This document shows positions 29,064 through 37,010 of a stretch of DNA of 64,000 nt, in pieces. Each line of letters starts with the position of its first letter. Positions within the stretch are counted from its first letter, which is position 1. Under the pieces are notes generated by a model. The model was not told the origin of the DNA and ran no database searches. It was given only the letters and a program-made list of their open reading frames with translations. Origin of the DNA: an uncultured Solirubrobacterales bacterium (GTDB taxonomy: Bacteria > Actinomycetota > Thermoleophilia > Solirubrobacterales > 70-9); contig CAWIOM010000010.1 in assembly GCA_963837735.1 (NCBI GenBank), forward strand, positions 210,917-274,916, given 5' to 3'. A program made the position numbers and the translations under genes.

Positions 29064-30322
29064 CCGAGTGCTGCATTAGCGCCCCCTATGGCGGGCATCG
29101 AGCAGCACTCGACGAGATGAGGGACGCTCGGGAGAGGTTGCGGTTCGAGGTGGTGGCGCGGGATGGGGTCGCACGGGCCGGCGTCCTCCAAACCGCGCAC
29201 GGGCCGATCGAGACGCCCGCCTTCATCCCGCTTGCCACCAAGGGGACGGTGCGCGGGCTGGAGTCCGCCGAGGTGGCGGCGCTCGGCTACGAGCTGATCC
29301 TCGGCAACACCTACCACCTGTTCGTATCGCCTGGGCCCGAGCGGATCGCAGCGGCCGGGGGCCTGCACTCGTTCATGGGTTGGGAGGGGGCGCTGATCAC
29401 CGACTCGGGCGGGTTCCAGGTCTTCTCGCTGGCCCACGGCGGCGTCGCCGACGAGGTCAAGGGCAGCGGCCGCCCCGGGGGCGACCACGGCTCGGTGATC
29501 TCGATCGACGAGGAGGGGGTGCGCTTTCGCTCCTACCGCGATGGCACCGAGCTCTTCATCTCGCCCGAGGTCTCGATGCGGGTCCAGGCCGCCCTCGGCA
29601 GCGACATCGCGCTCGTCTTCGACGAGTGCACGCCATACCACGCCGATCGCGAGTACACGGCCCGTTCGATGGAGCGAACCCACCGCTGGCTCGACCGCTG
29701 CCTTGCGTGGCACGCGGCGGAGGGTCCCGAGCGCCAGGCGGTCTTCGGCATCGTCCAGGGGGGCGTTCACGAAGACCTGCGCCGCGAGTCGGCGGAGGCG
29801 GTCTGCGCCGCCGGGGTCGACGGGATCGCGATCGGCGGCACCCTCGGGCGCGACAAGGAGGAGATGGCCGGCGTGCTGGCGATGACCGCGCCCCTGCTGC
29901 CCGCCGGTGCCCCAAAGCACCTGCTCGGGATCGGCGAGGTCGACGACCTGCTCGGCGGAATCGGCCTCGGCCTCGACGTCTTCGACTGCGCCGTGCCGAC
30001 GCGGCTGGCGCGCCACGGCGGCGCCCTTGTCCCCGACCCCGAGCGCCGCTTCCGCATCGACCTGCGCAAGGCCGGCTGGGTCGGGGACCGCCGGCCGCTG
30101 GTCGAGGGCTGCCCCTGTCCGGCGTGCCGCAATCACGACCGTGACTACCTCAGCTACCTCTCGCGCGCCGAGGAGTTGACCGCCGTCCGCCTCCTCTGCC
30201 TCCACAACCTCGCCTACATGCAGGAACTGGTCGCCCGAGCGCGCACCGCAATCGTCGCCGGCGAACTGGCCGCCTACTCCGCGGCGATCCTGGATGGCGC
30301 AGCCCCCTGGACCGCCGTCTAG
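29060..30322 (+). CDS. tgt: tRNA-guanine(34) transglycosylase (alternative start 29117)
   Basis: ETPAFIPLATKGTV, GGLHSFMGW.., TDSGGFQV and the zinc motif CPCPACRNH..YL. An ATGA overlap joins it to gpmI. Confidence 0.9.
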   Translation: MTECCISAPYGGHRAALDEMRDARERLRFEVVARDGVARAGVLQTAHGPIETPAFIPLATKGTVRGLESAEVAALGYELILGNTYHLFVSPGPERIAAAGGLHSFMGWEGALITDSGGFQVFSLAHGGVADEVKGSGRPGGDHGSVISIDEEGVRFRSYRDGTELFISPEVSMRVQAALGSDIALVFDECTPYHADREYTARSMERTHRWLDRCLAWHAAEGPERQAVFGIVQGGVHEDLRRESAEAVCAAGVDGIAIGGTLGRDKEEMAGVLAMTAPLLPAGAPKHLLGIGEVDDLLGGIGLGLDVFDCAVPTRLARHGGALVPDPERRFRIDLRKAGWVGDRRPLVEGCPCPACRNHDRDYLSYLSRAEELTAVRLLCLHNLAYMQELVARARTAIVAGELAAYSAAILDGAAPWTAV

Positions 30323-30488
30323 CAGCCACCCACCCTGGGGACCCTCGGTCAGCTCCCGGCTCCAGAAGCTCCGACTGGGCCGTCCCTCGCGCGGGTGGCG
30401 CAGGTTGAGGGGGCCGAGAACGGACGTCAGTTCGCGCCCGCCCGCAGGCCCCCTCGAACCACGTCGGGCCCCGGCGCCGCCGGCCCGC

Positions 30489-30656
30489 CTATTCGGTGTT
30501 CTTGGAGACCAGGTCCTTGAATTCTTCAACCACCTTGTCGACCGTTTCGCCGGCGACTTCGGTCGCCCGCACCCCGGTCGCCTTGTCGGTGGTGACGATC
30601 ACGGCGGTGGCGACGGCGGCGGCGATCAGGACGAGGGCGACCAGCGCCAGCATCAT
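30489..30656 (-). CDS. 55-aa single-TM ORF (MMLALVALVLIAAAVATAVIV...); may be the detached C-terminal anchor of the upstream kinase
   Basis: I translated this by hand (it is below the ORF-track cutoff). Its ATG overlaps the kinase TGA (ATGA). The frame stays open and Arg-rich far upstream of the Met. Confidence 0.35.
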   Translation of the reverse strand: MMLALVALVLIAAAVATAVIVTTDKATGVRATEVAGETVDKVVEEFKDLVSKNTE

Positions 30657-31717
30657 TCGCACGAAGCGCGAGAAGGCGCTGCGCCTGGCCGGCTTTCGCC
30701 GGCGGCGCGACGGGCGGCGGCGCCTGGCGCTGCGCAGCCCGCGCGGCCGGGCGCCGGGTCTGCGAGGGCGCCGGCCTGAACTCGGTCTGGCCGGTGCCGG
30801 GGTCGAGGCGCCGAGTCGGCGGTCTCGCCGCCGATGACGCTGGTCGGGGTCGCCCCCTCCTCCAGCGGCAGGGTCACGTCCTCGCCCTGCAGGCCTCGCT
30901 GCAGGCCGCCGGCGAGTTCGTCGGCGCTGGCGTAGCGCCGCGAAGGGTCTCCCTCCAGCGCTCGCAGGACAGCGGCGCCGAGGGTCTCCGGGACCTCGTC
31001 GTTGTAGGTGGTGGGCGGAAGAGGCCGGTCGTTCTGCTGGCGCACTGCAAGCTCGGCGAGCGTCGACCCCTCGTAGGGAAGCCGCCCGGTGAGGAACTGG
31101 TAGAGGACGACGCCGAGCGCGTAGACGTCGGTCGCCGGCGTCGCCTCCTCGCCCCGCACCTGCTCGGGCGCCAGATAGGCGGCGGTGCCGACCACCGAGC
31201 CGACCTGCGTTATCCGCGTCTGCTCGAGTGCGCGTGCGATCCCGAAGTCGGTCAGCTTCACCGTCATCTCGCCGCCACCCACCGGGCCGCCGACGATCAT
31301 CAGGTTGCCGGGCTTTACGTCGCGGTGGATGATCCCGCGACGGTGCGCATAGTCGAGGCCGGCACAGGCCTGGGCGCCGGCCTCGGCCGCCGTCTGCGGG
31401 CCGATCGGCCCCTGGCGCTGGAGGATCTGCGCCCCCGAGCGGCCCTCGACGTACTCCATGACGATGTAGTGGCGGTGCTCGTCGATGCCGGTGTCGTAGA
31501 CCTGGACGATGTTGGGGTGGATCAGCTTCGCCACCGCCAGCGCCTCGCGGCGGAAGCGGGCAACGAAGCGCTCGTCGTCAGAGAGGTGCTCGGCGAGGAT
31601 CTTGACGGCGACCGTCCGCTCCAGTGTCAGGTCGGTCGCCTTGTAGACGTTCGACATCCCCCCGGAGCCGAGCCGGTCGCCGAGCTCGTAGCGGCCAGAG
31701 AGGGTCCCGCCCGCCAT
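30653..31717 (-). CDS. Ser/Thr protein kinase (PknB-like catalytic domain)
   Basis: ATG at 31715-31717. Motifs: GSGGMSNVYKA, VAVK, HRDVKPGN, DFGIA and APE. Confidence 0.9.
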   Translation of the reverse strand: MAGGTLSGRYELGDRLGSGGMSNVYKATDLTLERTVAVKILAEHLSDDERFVARFRREALAVAKLIHPNIVQVYDTGIDEHRHYIVMEYVEGRSGAQILQRQGPIGPQTAAEAGAQACAGLDYAHRRGIIHRDVKPGNLMIVGGPVGGGEMTVKLTDFGIARALEQTRITQVGSVVGTAAYLAPEQVRGEEATPATDVYALGVVLYQFLTGRLPYEGSTLAELAVRQQNDRPLPPTTYNDEVPETLGAAVLRALEGDPSRRYASADELAGGLQRGLQGEDVTLPLEEGATPTSVIGGETADSAPRPRHRPDRVQAGALADPAPGRAGCAAPGAAARRAAGESRPGAAPSRASCE

Positions 31718-32275
31718 CAGCCGCCTTCTCCCGTCGCGGCGCCGGGGCCGATCCCGCCCGAGGGGCCGCCTTCTTCTTCGGCGGGTGGGGCTTCTTCGTT
31801 GCCTTTGCCTTCGCCCGACGGTTCCGGAGGTTTGACCTGTTCTTCTTCCGCGGGCGGCGTTGCTTCGGGCTCGACCTTCTTCGGCTTCTTTTCCTTCTTG
31901 CTCTTCTTTTCCGACTCTTCTTCGCTGCCTTCGGTCGTTTCCGGCAGGGTTTCTTCGGCGCTGGTGACTTCGCTTTCCTGGCAGTCGGCGACGACTTCGT
32001 TGAGGCGGGCCGCCCCGTCTCGCAGCAGTTCCTTCAGCTTCGGGTCGATTCCCTGCAGCGCTTCCACCTCGGTGGCGACCTGGAGCGCCGCGTCCTGGGC
32101 GTCGATGCATTCGCCTTCGTCGACGAGCTCTCGGACCGTGTCGAGGTTTTCGCCGATTTCCTGCGCCGTGTTGCCCGGCAGCAGCTTTGCGTCGCTCCCC
32201 CCGCAGGAGGCGAGGGCGAGGGACGCGGACGAGGCCGATCGCGAGCGCGATCGCGGCTGCGGCTAGGCGGGCCAT
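31717..32275 (-). pseudogene. acidic, Glu/Lys/Pro-rich lipoprotein (frameshift between the signal n-region and the lipobox, near 32225)
   Basis: MARLAAAAIALAIGLV is in one frame. ASLALASCGGSDAKLLPGNTAQEIGENLD...EEESEKKSKKEKKPKK is in the next. The stop overlaps the kinase start (ATGA). Confidence 0.55.
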
Positions 32276-32327
32276 AGGGCGAGTCTAGAGAACGGGTCCG
32301 GGCGCACGTTTTGCCTGCATTTGAGCG

Positions 32328-33071
32328 TCACTGTCCGATGTAGAGCCGGTCCGCGAGGCGCTTCGGCAGCCCCGCCTCGACGATCGCAGAGGCGGCCCGG
32401 TCGATGTCGTACTCGACGCGGTGATAGCGGGCGGCCTCCTTGCCGGTGTCGATCTCCATCCAGGCGGCGCGGGGGTCGCCGTCGCGCGGCTGGCCGACGC
32501 TGCCCGGGTTGAGGAGCCAGCGCCCCTCGGAGAGGTCGAGCTTGAGGCCGTCCTCGGCCTGGCCGCCGCGGGTCTCGCCGCGCCCGCCGGCGGCGGAGAG
32601 ACGGGCGAAGAAGAGGGCGACGTGCGAATGGCCGATCAGCGAGAGGCGCTCGGGCTGCACCTCCAGGCAGGCATCGGCCTGCTCGAGCGAGAGGACGTAC
32701 TCCCAGACCGGGTCGCGGGGGGAGGCGTGGAAGAGGCCGATGCCGCGTTGCTGGGAGGTGGGGTGGAGGCCGCCGAGGAACTCGAGCGCCGGCTCGCCGA
32801 TCCGCTCCCTCGTCCACTCGACCGCCGCCGCGGCGGCCTCCGAGAAGGCCTCGATGTCGAGCCGGCCGAGCACCGCCAGGTCGTGGTTGCCGATCAGGCA
32901 CGTGTCGCAGCGCTCGGCGGCCAGCTCGGCGCAGGCATCCGGGTCGGCCCCGTAGCCGACGATGTCCCCCAAGCACCAGATCTGCTCGACCCGGCGCTTC
33001 TCTGCGCTTGCCAGGACGGCCTCGAAGGCGGGAAGATTGGCGTGGATGTCGGTGATTACGGCGACTTTCAC
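32328..33071 (-). CDS. metallophosphoesterase (YfcE/MJ0936-like)
   Basis: VITDIHAN, GDIVGYG, GNHD and GHSH motifs. Confidence 0.85.
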   Translation of the reverse strand: MKVAVITDIHANLPAFEAVLASAEKRRVEQIWCLGDIVGYGADPDACAELAAERCDTCLIGNHDLAVLGRLDIEAFSEAAAAAVEWTRERIGEPALEFLGGLHPTSQQRGIGLFHASPRDPVWEYVLSLEQADACLEVQPERLSLIGHSHVALFFARLSAAGGRGETRGGQAEDGLKLDLSEGRWLLNPGSVGQPRDGDPRAAWMEIDTGKEAARYHRVEYDIDRAASAIVEAGLPKRLADRLYIGQ

Positions 33072-33110
33072 GGCGGCCCAGAGTACTCACACGCCCGTGC
33101 GCTCCATACG

Positions 33111-34778
33111 ATGAGGCCCGATCTGGCGATTTCGATGACAACCGACTCGGTAACAGAGCTGCGCGAAGCGGTCAGCCGCGCGACCCGGGCCCTCCGCGAG
33201 GGGGAGCCGAGCGGGCCCGTGCCGTCACTCGACCGGCCGCCGAAGCCGGAGTTGGGCGATTACAGCTCCAATGCCGCGATGCTGCTCGCGGCGCCACTCG
33301 GGGAAAACCCGCGCGACGTCGCCGGCCGCCTCGGCGCGGAGCTCGAGCGCGACCTCGGAGAGAGCGACAGCCTCGAGCGGATCGAGGTCGCCGGCCCCGG
33401 CTTCGTCAACCTCTTCCTCGCCGACTCCTGGTATCGGCGGGCGATGACGCGCCTGGCCGAGTCCGGCCAGGCGCTCGGGCCCGCTCGCACCGACTCGCCC
33501 GAACGGATCCTGGTCGAGTTCGTCTCCGCCAACCCGACCGGACCGCTGCACGTCGGCGGCGGCCGCCACGCCGCCTACGGCGACGCGCTCGTGCGCCTGC
33601 TCGAGGCGGTCGGCCACGACGTCGGGCGCGAGTACTACGTCAACGACGGTGGCGGACAGATCGAGCGCTTCGCGCTCTCGATCGCAGCCCGCATGACCGG
33701 CGGCGAGCCCCCCGACGACGGGTACACGGGCGACTACGTCGCCGAGCTGGCCGCCGAGCTGGCCGCCGCCGGCATCGACCCGGGTGACACAGAGGCGGTC
33801 GGCGCCCGTGGGGTCGAGCTGGTCCTCGACCGCGTCCGCGCAACCCTCGATCGCTTCGGCGTCCACTTCGACACCTGGTTCCACGAGCGCGACCTCTATC
33901 GCAGGGGCGAGGTCGAGAAGGCGCTGGCACGGCTCGAGGAAGGGGGCCATTCCTACCGGAGCGACGACGCCCTCTGGCTGCGGACGACGGACTTCGGCGA
34001 CGACAAGGATCGGGTTCTCGTCCGCGCCAACGGCGAGCCGACCTACCTCGCCGCGGACGTCGCCTATCACTGGGACAAGCTCGAGCGCGGCTTCGGCAGG
34101 CTGGTCGACGTGCTCGGCGCCGATCACCACGGCTACGCCACCCGGGTGCGCGCCGCGATCGCCGGCCTCGGCGCCGACCCCGATTCCTTCGAGGCTCTGA
34201 TCATGCGCCTCGTCCACATCGTCGAAGGCGGCGAGCGCTCGCAGATGTCGAAGCGCAGCGGCGACTTCGTCTCTCTCGACGAGCTGCTCGACGACATCGG
34301 CGTCGACGCGAGTCGCTGGTTCATGCTCTGGCGCAGCCACGACACGACCGTGGACCTCGACCTCGACCTCGCCCGCCGCGAGTCGAGCGACAACCCCGTC
34401 TACTACGTCCAGTACGCCCACGCCCGGATCGCGAGCATCCTCCGCAAGGCCGGCGGCGAGGCCCCCGACGCAGCCCTCGCGGCCGGGGCAGCGACCCCCG
34501 ACACGCCTCTCGAGCCCGCCGAGAAGGCGCTGGTCAAGCGCCTGCTCGAGTTCCCCGATGAGGTGCGCGAGGCCGCCGAGCGTCGCGCCCCGCACCGGAT
34601 CTGCGCCTACTCGACGGCGGTCGCCGCCGACTTCCACGCCTTCTACCGGGACTGCCAGGTGGTCGGCGCCGAGGGCGAGGGCGTCGAGGGCTCGCGGGTC
34701 GCCCTCTGCCTGCTGACCAAGAGAACCATCGCCAACGCCCTCGGCCTGCTGGGCATCTCGGCGCCGGAGCAGATGTGA
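33111..34778 (+). CDS. argS: arginine--tRNA ligase (alternative start 33135)
   Basis: SANPTGPLHVGGGRH (HIGH region), MSKRSG (KMSK-like) and a C-terminal anticodon-binding domain. Confidence 0.95.
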   Translation: MRPDLAISMTTDSVTELREAVSRATRALREGEPSGPVPSLDRPPKPELGDYSSNAAMLLAAPLGENPRDVAGRLGAELERDLGESDSLERIEVAGPGFVNLFLADSWYRRAMTRLAESGQALGPARTDSPERILVEFVSANPTGPLHVGGGRHAAYGDALVRLLEAVGHDVGREYYVNDGGGQIERFALSIAARMTGGEPPDDGYTGDYVAELAAELAAAGIDPGDTEAVGARGVELVLDRVRATLDRFGVHFDTWFHERDLYRRGEVEKALARLEEGGHSYRSDDALWLRTTDFGDDKDRVLVRANGEPTYLAADVAYHWDKLERGFGRLVDVLGADHHGYATRVRAAIAGLGADPDSFEALIMRLVHIVEGGERSQMSKRSGDFVSLDELLDDIGVDASRWFMLWRSHDTTVDLDLDLARRESSDNPVYYVQYAHARIASILRKAGGEAPDAALAAGAATPDTPLEPAEKALVKRLLEFPDEVREAAERRAPHRICAYSTAVAADFHAFYRDCQVVGAEGEGVEGSRVALCLLTKRTIANALGLLGISAPEQM

Positions 34779-35425
34779 AGCCGATCGCCGAGATCAGAGG
34801 GCGATCCCGCGACAGGGTCCGGGCCGGAACCCTGGGCCGCGGCGACCTCGATGCCTTCGCCGGCATGCTCGAGAGGATCGGCGACGGCGCGATCGTCGTC
34901 ACCGGGGCCGGCGAGGGTCGCCTCGCGGTCTCGACGGGGCTGGCCACCGTCGCCGCCGCCTCGGGGTCGCGCACCGCGGTGGTCGACTGCGACCTCGAGG
35001 AGCCGACCCTCGCCGGCGCCCTCGGCCTCGCCGAGCAGCCGGGGCTGCACGAGTACCTGCGGGCGGAAGCGAAGGCCGGCGAGATCCTCCAGCCACTCGT
35101 GCTCGCCGGGCCCGCATCCGAGGGGGCGAGCGACCCTCTCGTCTGCATCGCCGCCGGCTCCCCGGCTCCCGAGGGCAAGGTGCCGATCGATTCGCCGGAC
35201 TTCAGCCATGCGGTGGCAAAACTGCGCAGCGGCTACGACCTCGTCGTCCTCCACGGCCCGCCGCTCGGGGACGACACCGGCGCCCTGCAGGCCGCGACGG
35301 CCCGCGCCGATCTGGTGCTGGCCTGCGTCGGGCCCTCGCTGACCTCGGGCCGCGCCGGGCGCCGGCTGAAGAAGTCGCTCGGCCGCCTCCCGGGCGGCAC
35401 CGTCGAGGTCGTCGTCTACGGCTGA
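34775..35425 (+). CDS. BY-kinase/ParA-like P-loop fold protein with degenerate Walker motifs
   Basis: GTG overlaps the argS stop (GTGA). VVTGAGEGRLAVSTGLA replaces GEGKST, DCDLEEP resembles Walker A', and LVVLHGPP replaces the Walker B Dxxp. Confidence 0.55.
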   Translation: MKPIAEIRGRSRDRVRAGTLGRGDLDAFAGMLERIGDGAIVVTGAGEGRLAVSTGLATVAAASGSRTAVVDCDLEEPTLAGALGLAEQPGLHEYLRAEAKAGEILQPLVLAGPASEGASDPLVCIAAGSPAPEGKVPIDSPDFSHAVAKLRSGYDLVVLHGPPLGDDTGALQAATARADLVLACVGPSLTSGRAGRRLKKSLGRLPGGTVEVVVYG

Positions 35426-35442
35426 GCCGGAGCCGCCGCAGC

Positions 35443-35928
35443 TCAGAGGTCGTAGCGGGCGATGTCGGCGTCGAGCCGTTCGGCGTCCTCGGCCGCCGGC
35501 GTCGCTGCCGCCGTCGAGCCGCCGGAGCCGCCGCCGCCCCTGCGGCGCCAGCGAGCGACGCCGATCGCCAGGGCCGCCGCGCCGAGCAGGAAGGCGATCG
35601 CCGGCACCAGATAGGCGGAGAGGTTGAAGCCCGAGCCCTCGGGCAGCGCCAGCACCTGGGGGCCGTATTCCTCGACGAGCGCGTCCTTGATCTCCGCCTT
35701 GCTCCTGCCGGCCGCGATCATCTCGGCGATGAAGGCCTTCTCGCGACGTGCCTGGGGCGAGTCGGAGAGCTCGAGCAGGGTGCCGCAGATCGTGCACATG
35801 ACCTCGTCTTCGACGTCGGCGATGTTGACCCGCGGGGTCGGGGAGGCGGGCTGCGCGGCGGCGGGCGCGGCGCAGGCGGCCGACGCCGCCGCCAGCAGAC
35901 AGGCGAGGACCGCGGCTCTCGCCTTCAC
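35443..35928 (-). CDS. ccmH: cytochrome c-type biogenesis protein CcmH
   Basis: GTG start at 35926-35928, then a signal peptide. MCTICGTLLELSDSPQA (CXXC) is followed by a TM helix. Confidence 0.75.
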   Translation of the reverse strand: MKARAAVLACLLAAASAACAAPAAAQPASPTPRVNIADVEDEVMCTICGTLLELSDSPQARREKAFIAEMIAAGRSKAEIKDALVEEYGPQVLALPEGSGFNLSAYLVPAIAFLLGAAALAIGVARWRRRGGGGSGGSTAAATPAAEDAERLDADIARYDL

Positions 35929-36443
35929 GATCCTTCGACGATCGGGTCGACGCTTTCGTGGAGGAAGCGTTCGTCGACCACCCCGCGCCAGATCAGCGCC
36001 AGCCTGCCCCGCGGGTTGACGAGGAAGTTCTCCGGCACGCCGCTCGAGCCGAAGGCGTCGCTGCGCTCGTTGCCGACCGAGCGGAGCTGCGGGTAGGTGA
36101 TCTTGAGCTCGTCGACGAAGGCGAGCGCGTCCTCGCTGTTGTCCTGGACGTTGATCCCGAGCACCGTCGCCCCGTCGTCGCGGTGCTCGCGCCACCAGCG
36201 CTCGAGCGCCGGCGCCTCCTCGCGGCAGGGCAGGCACCAGGAGGCCCAGAGGTTGACCAGCACCCATTCGCCGCGATAGTCGGCGATCTCGCCCTCGCCC
36301 TCGCCGCCGAGAACGGGCAGTGGCGTGTCGGGGACCGGGTCGCCGACGGCGATCGTGGCCGTGCCCTTGCTGAGCAGCCCGAAAACGAGCAGGCCGATCA
36401 CGGCGCAGACGGCGAGGAAGACGAAGAAGGTTCGGGCGCTCAC
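35925..36443 (-). CDS. ccmG: thiol:disulfide oxidoreductase of the TlpA/ResA/DsbE (CcmG) family
   Basis: N-terminal TM anchor. WASWCLPCREE is a thioredoxin CXXC motif. Overlaps the ccmH start by 4 nt. Confidence 0.8.
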   Translation of the reverse strand: MSARTFFVFLAVCAVIGLLVFGLLSKGTATIAVGDPVPDTPLPVLGGEGEGEIADYRGEWVLVNLWASWCLPCREEAPALERWWREHRDDGATVLGINVQDNSEDALAFVDELKITYPQLRSVGNERSDAFGSSGVPENFLVNPRGRLALIWRGVVDERFLHESVDPIVEGS

Positions 36444-36494
36444 GGCCCGGGAAGGTTAGATCCCGGGGCCTCGCGGCCGTAGAATGGCCGCCGC

Positions 36495-36567
36495 GCGGAC
36501 GTAGCTCAGTTGGTAGAGCGCGAGCTTCCCAAGCTCGAGGTCGCGGGTTCGACCCCCGTCGTCCGCT
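36495..36567 (+). tRNA. tRNA-Gly (anticodon CCC)
   Basis: I folded the cloverleaf by hand. Acceptor GCGGACG/CGTCCGC, D arm GCTC..GAGC, anticodon stem CGAGC/GCTCG with loop TTCCCAA, and T loop GGTTCGACC. Confidence 0.9.
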
Positions 36568-36856
36568 TATCGGGGCGATCCCCGTTGGGGCCACGGCCGT
36601 TGCCGTGGTCGACGAGGCTGTAGAAGTGCTCGGTGGCGCCGCGGACCTGGCGCTGTCTGGTCAGCTCGATCAGGTCGGACCTGACCAGCTCGGTGACGTG
36701 GTAGTTGACGTTGCTGAGCGGGACGCGGAGCTCGTAGCTGAGGTCGCTGGGGGAGAGGGTGCGCCCGCCGTCGATCGCAAGCGCTTCCAGGACTGAGATT
36801 CGAAGGGGGTGCGTGTTTGCCCGAGCCAGTCGCTGCCAATCCATTCGTGCCTCCAT
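36506..36856 (-). CDS. ArsR-like winged-helix transcriptional regulator
   Basis: THPLRISVLEALAIDGGRTLSPSDLSYELRVPLSNVNYHVTELVRSDLIE. The 3' 60 nt run antisense through tRNA-Gly. Confidence 0.6.
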   Translation of the reverse strand: MEARMDWQRLARANTHPLRISVLEALAIDGGRTLSPSDLSYELRVPLSNVNYHVTELVRSDLIELTRQRQVRGATEHFYSLVDHGNGRGPNGDRPDKRTTGVEPATSSLGSSRSTN

Positions 36857-36867
36857 CGATGCGTGGT

Positions 36868-37002
36868 TACCCGATCCGGTGCCTAGCTACCCCGATACCT
36901 AAAAATTCTACCGCAACTCATTAAAATCGGGTACAGTCCCGCATCAGGGATTTAGGAAAGGGTTCCAGATGGGTAGGCAAACCGACATCCGCAATGGGTA
37001 GG
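36868..37002. promoter_or_regulatory. cluster of GGGTA/TACCC motifs in the AT-richer ArsR/giant-paralogue divergent promoter
   Basis: TACCCGAT (36868-36875), TACCCCGAT (36888-36896), ATCGGGTA (36926-36933), and ATGGGTAGG at 36969-36977 and 36994-37002. Confidence 0.3.
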
Positions 37003-37010
37003 AGATCGAC

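Noticed and set aside
30407-30455. Inverted repeat GAGGGGGCC...GGCCCCCTC between the convergent tgt and kinase operon, considered as a bidirectional terminator.
   Set aside because: The loop is 31 nt and there is no flanking T/A tract, so the evidence is weak.
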